From: Mobula hypostoma
Taxonomy: Eukaryota
Direction: 5' to 3'
Length of the DNA: 64,000 nucleotides
Assembly: GCF_963921235.1 (NCBI RefSeq)
Contig: NC_086097.1
Location: forward strand, 74,092,001 to 74,156,000
In this document: in pieces, positions 1-10,409 of the stretch
Layout of the letters: every line of letters starts with the position of its first letter
How positions within the stretch are numbered: position 1 is the stretch's first letter
Program-made: the position numbers and the translations under genes
The notes under the pieces: generated by a model
The model's database searches: none
Told to the model about the DNA's origin: nothing
What the model saw: the letters and a program-made list of their open reading frames with translations, nothing else

Positions 1-1440
1 TATTCAACCTGAGACTGAGGCTCCGGAGGGTTCCTGTACTGTGGAAAACGTCCTGCCTTGTCCCTGTGCCGAAGACACTGCTCCCCAGCGGCCTTAATGA
101 CTACAGACCGGTGGCATTGACCTCCCACATCATGAAAACCCTGGAGAGACTTGTTCTGGAGCTGCTCCAGCCTATGGTCAGGCCACACTTAGATCCCCTC
201 CAGTTCGCCTACCAGCCCCGACTCGGAGTTGAGGATGTCATCATCTACCTGTTGAACCGTGTCTACGCCCACCTGGACAAGCCAGCGAGCACTGTGAGGG
301 TCATATTTTTTGACTTCTCCAGTGCACTCAACACCATCCACCCTGCTCTGCTGGGGGAGAAGCTGACAGCGATGCAGGTGGTTGCTTCCCTGGTATCATG
401 GATTCTTGATTACCTGACTGGCAGACCACAGTACATGTGCTTGCAACACTGTGTGTCCAACAGAGTGATCAGCAGCACTGGGGCTCTGCAGGGGACTGTC
501 TTGTCTCCCTTTCTCTTCACCATTTACATCTCGGACTTCAACTTCTGCACAGAGTCTTGTCATCTTCAGAAGTTTTCTGATGACTCTGCCATAGTTGGAT
601 GCATCAGCAAGGGAGATGAGGTTGAGTACAGGGCTACGGTAGGAAACTTTGTCACATGGTGTGAGCAGAATTATCTGCAGCTTAATGTGAAAAAGACTAA
701 GGAGCTGGTAGTAGACCTGAGGAGAGCTAAGGTACCGGTGACCCCTGTTTCCATCCAGGGGGTCAGTGTGGACACGGTGGAGGATTACAAGTACCTGGGG
801 ATACGAATTGACAATAAACTGGACTGGTCAAAGAACACAGAGGCTGTCTACAAGAAGGGTCAGAGCCGTCTCTATTTCCTAAGGAGACTGAGGTCCTTTA
901 ACATCTGACGGATGATGCTGAGGATGTTCTACGAGTCTGTGGTGGCCAGTGCTATCATGTTTGCTATTGTGTGCTGCGGCAGCAGGCTGAGGGTAGCAGA
1001 CACCAACAGAATCAACAAACTCATTCGTAAGGCCAGTGATGTTGTGGGGATGGAACTGGACTCTCTCACGGTGGTGTCTGAAAAGAGGATGCTGTCTAAG
1101 TTGCATGCCATCTTGGTCAATGTCTCCCATCCACTACATAACGTTCTGGGTGGGCACAGGAGTACATTCAGCCAGAGACTCATTCCACCGAGATGCAGCA
1201 CAGAGCGTCATAGGAAGTCATTCCTGCCTGTGGCCATCAGACATTACAACTCCTCCCTTGGAGCGTCAGACACCCTGAGCCAATAGGCTGGTCCTGGACT
1301 TATTTCATAATTTACTGGCATAATTTACATATTACTATTTAACTAGTCATGGTTCTATTACTATTTATTATTTATGGTGCAACTGTAACAAAAACCAGTT
1401 TCCCCCGGGATCAATAAAGTATGACTATGACTATGACTAC
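1..1440 (+). mobile_element. Rex1/Babar-clade LINE, 3' part (RT plus C-terminal domain), truncated by the window edge; one premature stop
   Basis: ORFs 66..908 and 912..1286 carry RT motifs (NDYRPVALTS, LDPLQFAY, FFDFSSA, QGTVLSP, FSDD, YKYLG). TGA at 906-908 corresponds to TGC in the sister copies. The 3' end is AATAAAG followed by a (TATGAC)n tail at 1413-1440. Confidence 0.9.
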
Positions 1441-2028
1441 ACTGATTCCTGGGGCACCCCACTAGTCACAGGCCTCCAGTCAGAGAATCAACTTTCAACT
1501 ATGACTCTCTGCTTCCTATCATCGAGCCAATTCTAAATCCACCTCGCTAGCTCTCCTTGAATCTCATGCAAACTAATCTTCCAGATCAGCTTACTATTTG
1601 GGACCTTGTACACGGTCCTACTTTTATCAATCCACTGAGATATCTCTTCAGAAAACTCCAAAAGATTCATAAGACATGACCTCTCACACACAAAACCATG
1701 CTGACTATTCCTGATGAGGCCTTAATTATCCAAATGATGGTTGATCTTGTCCTTTAAAATTCCCAACAACTGAAATCTGACTCATCGCTCTGTAGACCTT
1801 GTAGACTCTGTAGTCCCTGGCTTGTCCTTGCTATCTTTCTTAAACAATGGAATAACATTCGCCACTCTCCAGTCTACTATAACTATCAGTGGCTAACAAT
1901 GAAGCAAATATCTCTACAAGGGTCTGGGCAATTTTTTTCCTGGCCTCCCAAAAGATTCAGGGGAGCACTGGGGATTTGCCCACCTTAATGCATTTCAAGG
2001 CTGCCAATGCCTCCTTCCTTGTAATATG
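1441..2028 (-). mobile_element. Degenerate CR1-clade LINE RT fragment, continuing at about 6301
   Basis: Minus-strand CR1-like RT remnants (e.g. CIKVGKSP in ORF 1957..2142). The sequence resumes after a duplicated AATATG (2023-2028 and 6301-6306). Confidence 0.65.
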
Positions 2029-2050
2029 ATTATGAAGACACATAGTCCTC

Positions 2051-4083
2051 TTTTTTTCCCCTCTTTTTCGAGGTACCAGACAAGGTTGTCCTCTTAGTCC
2101 TTTATTATTTGATATTGCATTAGAACCTCTTGCAATTGCCATTCAAGAATCTCCAAATATTATTGGGATAACTCGGGGTTTAAAGTCCCTAAAGTATCAC
2201 TCTATGCTGATGACTTACTTTTATTTTTCATATCTTGGGATTAAAGTTACCTGTAAACATAAAGATTTATTTAAGACTAATTTCCTACCCTTAATCGATC
2301 ATATTACTCAACTCTCATTTAAGTGGTCTCCATTTTATTTAACTTTGATTGGTCGTATTAATGCTGTTAAGATGTTTATTCTTCCAAAATTTTTATATGT
2401 ATTTCAGGCACTACCGATTTTTGTTCCCAAATCCTTTTTTGATAAAGTTGACTCTAAAATTTCTTCATTTATTTGGCAAAATAAAAACCCGACATTGGGT
2501 AAAATACATTTACAGAAAGCTAAGAGAGATGGAGGTTTTGCATTACCTAACTTTAGATTTTATTATTGGGCAATTAATATTCGACATATGAAATTTTGGT
2601 TACTTGATCAAGATACACTATCCATTCCTAAATGGGTAGTATTGGAATTACAATCTGCTCAAGGTTATGCACTTGGTTCCATTTTAGGTTCTTCTCTTCC
2701 TTTTGATTTGAAACGCTGTAAACTGGTTTGTAACCCGATAGTTAAATATACCTTACGTATTTGGTTTCAATTCCGAAAATTTTTTGATCTTAATCAATTT
2801 GGGCTTGCGATTCCTATTTTAGGTAACATATTCTTCCCTCCCTCTTCTGCTGACCGTGCCTTTCAAATTTGGAAGACTAATGGTATTTCAAGGTTTTTGG
2901 ATTTATTTTTAGAAGGTTCCCCTATGTCTTTTGAGCAATTATCTAACAAATATAACTTACCAAGAATACATTTTTTTAGATATCTCCAAGTTAGAAATTT
3001 CTTAAGTACCATACTCTCTTCCTTTCCGACGCTACCTCCTACATATATTTTAGACACTATAATTAACCTTAATCCATGTCAGAAAGGTGCAATGGCTATT
3101 ATTTATAATAGTATTATGAAACTTAGGAAAGTTCCATTTGATAAGATTAGGTCAGATGGGGAAAAGGAATTGGGTCTTATTATTCCTGTGGATGACTGAG
3201 CACATATTTTACAACTAGTTAATACTTCCTCTATCTGTTCTAAACACTCCCTAATTCAATTTAAAGTTGTCCGTAGAGCACATAAGTCTAAAGATAAATT
3301 AGCTTGTTTTTATTCTCATATTAACCCTTTGTGTGACAGATGTCATGGGGAGATAGCTTCCTTAACTCATATGTTTTGGGCCTGTCCTACTCTGGAAACT
3401 TTATGGAAAGATATTTTTAATATTATTTCAAAGGTATTGAATAGAGATATTTCTCCCCATCCTATTACTGCTATCTTTGGAATACCTAAAATTTCCAGTA
3501 ATCTCTCCCCTTCAGCCCGTAGAATGATTGCATTTCTTACTTTAATGGCGAAAAGATGTATTTTACAACACTGGAAGGAGATTAATGCTCCGACTACATT
3601 CTTTTGGTTTTCCCAGACGATACCATGTTTAAATCTGGAGAAAATTAGAAGTAATCTTTATGATTCTTCAGTTAAATTCGAATAGACTTGGAGATCTTTT
3701 ATTCAACATTTCCATTCAATGTAACTTTTTTTTTCTTTCTCTGGCCATATTTACATTCCCTTCTTGCTTTTTAACTGTTTTTAATGGAGGTCAGGTTTGA
3801 GGGCATGATTGTTTTAAGTTGTTTAACTCTACTTGATACCTAGTTGGCCCATTGCTTTGCTTTGCTTTTTAGTTTAGTTGCACGGTGGGTTTTTTTTTCC
3901 TTATTAACATGTTTGAAAATTAGTATACTATTATATTACCTGGTTATTTTATATCTAAACTGCACTGTTTGTACCAATTTTTTTTGTGTATTAATATCTC
4001 TTGTAAAATTATTGTAACTGTGTATCAGTGCCTATATGGTTTACCTTTTGTGTACTAATTCAGCAAAAAGATTTTAAAAAGAA
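2051..4083 (+). mobile_element. 5'-truncated L1/Tx1-clade LINE ORF2 remnant with 3' UTR
   Basis: Translates to [47 protein letters not shown] and GGFALPNF, with a C-terminal CDRC..HMFWAC zinc knuckle. It has a T-rich UTR and an A-rich end, and is flanked by a 15-bp TSD AGA(C/T)ACATAGTCCTC (2036-2050 and 4084-4098). Confidence 0.88.
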
Positions 4084-4098
4084 AGATACATAGTCCTC

Positions 4099-6300
4099 CT
4101 TTATGGTCATTTAGTAATGCATGCATTAAGAAATGATACATTATTTCCTCTGGTGTGATATCACAAAACACAAGACAAACCAAGACTGAAGAAACTGACA
4201 AAACCACATAATTATAACATATAGTTACAAACAGTGTAACAATACCATAACTTGATAGTCATAGTCATACTTTATTGATCCCAGGGGGAAATTAGTTTTC
4301 ATTACAGTTGCACCATAAATAATAAATAGTCATAGAACCATAAATAGTTAAATAGTAATATGTAAAATATGCCGGTAAATTATGAAATAAGTCCAGGACC
4401 AGCCTATCGACTCAGGGTGTCTGACCCTCCAAGGGAGGAGTTGTAAAGTTTGATGGCCACAGGCAGGAATGACATCCTATGACGCTCTGTGCTGCATCTT
4501 GGAGGAATGAGTCTCTGGCTGAATGTACTCCTGTGCCCACCCAGTACATTATGTAGTGGATGGGAGACATTGACCAAGATGGCATGAAACTTAGACAGCA
4601 TCCTTTTTTCAGACACCACCGTGAGAAAGAGTCCAGTTCCATCCCCACAACATCACAGGCCTTACGAATAAGTTTGTTGATTCTGTTGGTGTCTGCTACC
4701 CTCAGCCTGCTGCCGCAGCACACAGCAGCAAACATGATAGCACTGGCCACCACAGACTCGTAGAACATCCTCAGCATCTTCCGGCAGATGTTAAAGGACT
4801 TCAGTCTCCTCAGGAAGTATAGACGGCTCTGACCCTTCTTGTAGACAGCCTCTGTGTTCTTTGACCAGTCCAGTTTATTGTCAATTCGTATCCCCAGGTA
4901 CTTGTAATCCTCCACCATGTCCACACTGACCCCCTGGATGGAAACAGGGGTCACCGGTACCTTGGCTCGTCGCAGGTCTACCACCAGCTCCTTAGTCTTT
5001 TTCACACTAAGCTGCAGATAATTCTGCTCACACCATGTGACAAAGTTTCCTACAGTAGCCCTGTACTCAACCTCATCTCCCTTGCTGATGCATCCAACTA
5101 TGGCAGAGTCATCCAAAAACTTCTGAAGATGACAAGACTCTGTGCAGAAGTTGAAGTCCGAGATGTAAATGGTGAAGAGAAAGGGAGACAAGACAGTCCC
5201 CTGCAGAGCCCCAGTGCTGCTGATCACTCTGTTGGACACACAGTGTTGCAAGCACATGTACTGTGGTCTGCCAGTCAGGTAATCAAGAATCCATGATACC
5301 AGGGAAGCAACCACCTGCATCGCTGTCAGCTTCTCCCCCAGCAGAGCAGGGTGGATGGTGTTGAGTGCACTGGAGAAGTCAAAAAATATGACCCTCACAG
5401 TGCTCGCTGGCTTGTCCAGGTGGGCGTAGACACGGTTCAACAGGTAGATGATGACATCCTCAACTCCTAGTCGGGGCTGGTAGGCGAACTGGAGGGGATC
5501 TAAGTGTGGCCTGACCATAGGCTGGAGCAGCTCCAGAACAAGTCTCTCCAGGGTCTTCATGATGTGGGCGGTCAATGCCACCGGTCTGTAGTCATTGAGG
5601 CCACTGGGGCGCGGCGTCTTTGGCACAGGGACAAGGAAGGACGTTTTCCACAGTACAGGAACCCTCCGGAGCCTCAGTCTCAGGTTGAATACATGGCGAA
5701 GTACTCCACATAGCTGAGGGGCACAGGCTCTGAGCACCCTGGTACTGACACCATCTGGTACTGCAGCCTTGCTTGGGTTGAGACGTGTCAGCTGTCTTCT
5801 CACCTGTTCAGCCGTGAAGCCCACCATGGTGGTTTTGTGGGGGGGAGGGATATAGTCATGAGAGCAGGGTGGGGGACTGTGAGGAGGGGTAGGAGGGGAG
5901 AGTGAAACATGTGTTGATTGGGGGCCGACAACAGATGATGAATAAGTCCGTGAGCACAGTAAAGTTCAAAGTTTCTCAAATGTCCCACATCCCATGCAGA
6001 TGCAGACGGGAGAAGGAAGAAAAACTCTCCCTGTCATGCCGACCACAATCCAACTCTGAGTCATCTGAAAACTTAGAGCTCTGATCAGCTCTCCGACACT
6101 AAGTACTGAGCGCCATCTCTGTCCGAACGATTCGACCTCCTTTTGGTCGCCAAAAGCAGGCAAGGCCGGGGATTTTGAGACCTACCCTCCGAAAGATTCA
6201 CGACCACACAGTAATGACAGCAGCGAACAGGCGTTTCAGAAATTTCTCCAGATGTTCCTCTGTGCTTTCACGTCCATTCTCCATCAAATCAGAATTGTCC
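4099..6300 (-). mobile_element. Non-autonomous SINE-like element, split by L1 and Rex1 insertions (pieces about 2029-2050, 4099-4254, 5937-6300)
   Basis: The pieces align by eye to the uninterrupted copy at 14345-15005 (atgcattaagaaatgataca, gtgatatcaca, ccagatgttcctc, ctccatcaaatcag). Confidence 0.7.
4255..5936 (-). mobile_element. Rex1/Babar-clade LINE, 5'-truncated, with a frameshift near 4625
   Basis: ORF 4412..5827 (471 aa) has the RT motifs and is nearly identical to the copy at 1-1440. The reverse-complement (TATGAC)n tail and AATAAA lie at 4255-4275. Confidence 0.92.
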
Positions 6301-8690
6301 AATATGCACACTTTCTAAGACCTCACTATTACCTACACTTAATTTTATATAACTACAATATAACTTATCAACTCGTATACTCAGTACCCTGACTAATGAA
6401 AACCAACACGTCAAACTCTTTCTTCACCAGCCTACCTATCTATGATATCGCTTTCAACAATCTATGCATTTGTATTGATCCCTTTGTTCCATAAAAATTT
6501 CCAGGGCTCTACCATTCACTGTACAAGTCCTACTCTGGTTTGATCTCTCAAAATGCAATACTTCACATTTATCTGGATTGAAAGCCATTTGCCAGTCCTC
6601 AGCCGACATTCCTACTTGATAAAGATACCCTTTGTAATTTTTCATAACCTTCTACACTACCTACAACAGTAGCTAGTTCAATATCATCCATACGTTTACT
6701 AACCATGTCTTCAAAATTGTTTATATGAATTACAAAGGGCTCAGCACATACTCCTGTAGCACAACACTAGACACAGGTCTCCAGTCTGAGAAACAACCCT
6801 TGACCATCACCCTCTGCTTCCTACCACTGAACAAATTATGAATTCAATCTACTATCGCCTCCTGTTCAACTCTTCCCTAACTCTTCCTAGACCTAATTTT
6901 CTAGATTGCCTGCCATGAGGGATCTTGTCAAAGGCATTGCTGAAGTCCAGATAGACAACATCTACCACCCTAGCCTTGTTTACCCTCTTGTTTACCTCCT
7001 CGAAGAACTCAAAGAGATTTGGATGCATAAGAGTCCCTCGGTCCTTACCTTTCACCCTATGCACCTCTACATCCAACATTCAGTCCTTCAACATTTCTGC
7101 CAACTGCAACAAGATCCCACCGCAGGCCATATCTTCTCCTCTCCATCCCTTTCTGCCGCTCGCAGTGACCACTCCCTCCTTGTCTCCCTGGTCCATTATC
7201 ATTACACCTCCTCCAACATCACCATCCAGGGACCTAAACAGTCTTTCCAAGTGAGGCAAAGGTTTACACGCATCCCCTCCAACCTTGTCTACTGCATTCG
7301 ATTCTGTTGATGTGCCCTCCTCTACATCGGTGAGACCAAGTGGTAACTCAGTAACTGTTTCACGGAACAAATACGCTCAGTCCACAAATGCCATCCTGAG
7401 CACCCAGTTGCAGACCATTTCAACTCAACCTTCCCATTCCCACGCTGACCTTTCCATCCTTGGCCTTTTCAACTGCCAGGATAAAGTACATGCAAACTAG
7501 AAGAACAACAGGCAGTCTGCAACCAAATCATATGAATAGTGAGGATTCAAATTTATAGGTATCTCCCCAAACATTTCAATTTTTGACCCCTCCTTCTCTT
7601 TCTGATCCTCCTTTCCATCATCTCTCCAGTGCCCCACAATCTTTGTCCCCTCCCCCTCACCCTGTTCCAACCACCCACTTCACACAAAGGTTATCCATCC
7701 CAACCCCATCTGTTCCAACTGTTGTTCAACTTCTCCCTAATGGTTCCCATTCTCACCTCCTTTACTTATGTGAAGCCAGCACTGTGAGTGCTTTGTATTT
7801 CTGCTTATCTCTCTCCAACAGCTGTCTCACATTCTCCCCTCTTTCCCCCACCTTACTCATCTGAGGTTTTTCTTTTCTCCTCTCTCCTTGTCTGCCTGCC
7901 AGTCTCCCAACTCCACAGCACCCCTCATCTCCCTCACCTGGCACTATCTGCCTGTCATCATTCACCTCTCCTCAGTCCACCAATCTCCTTGGAATCCTTT
8001 CTTGTCAGTCCTCTTCTCTTCCTCATGCTGGCCGTCTTGCCTCTCTACTTTCAGGCCTGATGCACAGTTTCATCCCAAAATGTCCAACTTCTTTCCTCCC
8101 GCAGATGCCACATGACCCACTGAATTCCTGCAGCACATTATTTATTATTCCAAGAGATTTGCCAGGCATGAGTTACCACGCACAAAGCCACGCTGACTGT
8201 CCTGAATCAGATCCTGTCCCCAAATGTTTGTAAATCCTCTCCCTCAGTAATTTAACCACCACCAATATTACACTTCCAGGTCTATAGTTTCCTGACTTGT
8301 TTTTAGTACATTAGTCACTCTTCGGTCTGCTTGAACCTCACCTGTATCCACAGATGGGCAAAATATCTCTACAATGGCCTCCACAATTTCTTCTCCAGCT
8401 TCTCACAAGGTCTGACAATGCACTAGGTCAGGCCCTGGAAATTTATACATCTTATTGCATTTAAAGGCCTCCAATCCCTCCTCCCTGCAAATTCATAAGC
8501 GGTTTGAGACAACACCACTCATTTCCTCCATTTTCTTAGCTTCCATTTTTTCCCCCACAGTAACAACTGAAGAGAAATATTCAATAAAAAAATGCATCCA
8601 TTTTTCATGTTGCTCTTTAAGAAGACCTATTCTCTCCCTGGTCACCCTATTACTCTCAATATAGCTAAATCCTTTCTTGGGATTTTATGA
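6301..8690 (-). mobile_element. Degenerate CR1 RT fragments interrupted by a Penelope insertion
   Basis: Minus-strand peptides WQMAFNPDKCEVLHF and NLFEFFEEVNK..VDVVYLDFSNAFDKIPH are CR1-type RT. Confidence 0.75.
7022..8151 (+). mobile_element. Degenerate Penelope-like element 3' part (GIY-YIG region plus pyrimidine-rich pLTR)
   Basis: Translates to TIQGPKQSFQVRQRFT..NLVYCIRFC, similar to the element at 33609-35281. Flanked by a 10-bp TSD AAGAGATTTG (7012-7021 and 8152-8161). Confidence 0.8.
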
Positions 8691-8739
8691 CATAGAAACA
8701 TGCACAGTACAGCACAGTAGAGCCCTTTTGGCCCACAAT

Positions 8740-9140
8740 GGCTTTAGGTCTGTTGTTGCTGGAGTCAGAACAATGAAGGGGAGATTTCACTGAAACCTAT
8801 CAAATATTGAAAGGCCTAGATATCATGTACATGGAAAGGATGTTTCTAAGTGTGGGAGAGTCTTGGAGCAGAGGGCTTAGCCTCAAAATTGAAGGACGTC
8901 CCTTTAGAAAAGAGATAAGGAGCAATTTCTTTAGGGTGGTGAAACTGTGGAACAAGCGGCTGTGGAAGCCAATTTAAATATTTAAAGTGGATGTTGATAT
9001 GTTCTTGATTAGTAAGGGCCTCAAAGGTTATGAAGAAGGCAGAAGGAAAGGGGTGAGAGAGAAAATAAATCAACCATGATCAAATAGTAGAATAGACTCA
9101 ATGAGCTGAATGGCCTAATTCTACTTCTATATCTTCTTAG
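8740..9140 (+). mobile_element. CR1 LINE 3' end fragment
   Basis: Typical CR1 3' ORF2/UTR text (gcctcaaaattgaaggacgtccctttagaa...gagctgaatggcctaattctacttctatatctt), matching the other copies in the window. Confidence 0.7.
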
Positions 9141-9149
9141 CTTTATGGA

Positions 9150-10080
9150 TGTTGTGGTGAGCTTTTAACAGACTCCCAAGATCAATCTAGCCCTTACCTC
9201 CCACATAAACCTCCATTTGTTCTTCATTCACATGCCAATCTAAGAGTCTCTAAAGTGTCTGTAATGTATTTTCCTCTACCACCACCCCTGGCAGCATGTT
9301 CCATGCATATATCACTCTCTGTGTAAAAAAAACACTTCTGACATCCCCCCTATACTTTCCTTCAATCACCTTAAAAGCAAGTCTTCTTACATTAGCCATT
9401 GCTGCCCTGGGAAAAAGGTACTGGCTGCCTACTCTATTTATGCTTCTTGTCATTGTATACAACTCTATCAAGTCGCTTCTCGTCCTCCTTTGCCCCAAAT
9501 AGAAAAGTCTTAGCTTGCTCAACTTTTCAACTTTTGCTGACAGATCCTTCTCATATCCTCTTTTTAGCCTTCTAACTCCTCTCTTATGTGCACTCCTACA
9601 CTTCTTGTAGTCATTAAGACATTCACTCTATGCTTACCTCTTTTTCTTAATCAAGGCCTCACCTCTTGTGAACCAGGATTCTTGAAACCTGCCAATCTTG
9701 CCCTTTACCCTAACAGGAAAAAGTAGGGCCTGAATTCTTGAGATTATACTTTTAAAGGCTTTCCAATGGGTAGACGGTACCTTTGCTGTAAACAATCCGG
9801 CCCAATCAAACACTGCAAGAACCTGCTATTTGGCTCCAAATTTTGCTCTGCCCCCATTCAAGACCTGTGAACTGGTTGTGTCCTTCTCAATAATTATTTT
9901 AAAGCCAATTAAATTATGGTAACTGGACCCAAAGTGCTCACCGCCAGTCACTTCTGCCACATGCCCTACCTTACTGGACCAGGAGGTCATCCAGTGTTGC
10001 TCCCTCTATATATTGATAAAGGAAGCTTTAAAGGCCACATTTCACAAATTCCACTTTATAGATTCCTGCTACTACATTTA
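9150..10080 (-). mobile_element. CR1 LINE fragments
   Basis: ORF 9250..9522 reads LGQRRTRSDLIELY..FFTQRVIYAWNMLP, the CR1 ORF2 C-terminus. Confidence 0.65.
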
Positions 10081-10335
10081 GGTAAATCAGTGATTTATCC
10101 AAAAAATGGTTCCTAGTTTTAACAGTTTTTTTCATATCTATGAAATTATCAATTTCACAGTTCTGACACAATTACTATCCAAGTTTTAAACTTATAACAT
10201 AAAAACTACTAAAGATGAGCAGAAATAAATAAGTTTTAAAAAACTTTTGCAAACTAATGATTAATTCAATCTAACCCATCCTTCCCACCCCCATGCCAAC
10301 AACAGCCCCTCAAACACATACTTAAAGATGCTTAC

Positions 10336-10409
10336 ACATTTTCCACTCTAACACGCTGGTAGTCAGAAAGAATGGCACCAACTGAAACTGCTTCCGCTGC
10401 TTCCTTTTC
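10336..10409 (-). CDS. dph6: Internal coding exon (74 nt) of diphthine--ammonia ligase (DPH6/ATPBD4)
   Basis: Minus strand reads ttcttgtttttgtag|GAAAAGGAAGCAGCG...GTGGAAAATGT|gtaagc. It translates in phase 0 to EKEAAEAVSVGAILSDYQRVRVENV, matching the recalled human DPH6 segment EKEEVEGISVGAILSDYQRIRVENV. Splice sites are canonical. It is absent from the ORF track. Confidence 0.93.

Noticed and set aside
10336..10408. Alternative frame KRKQRKQFQLVPFFLTTSVLEWKM for the exon
   Set aside because: The phase-0 frame matches the conserved DPH6 motif GAILSDYQR.RVENV.
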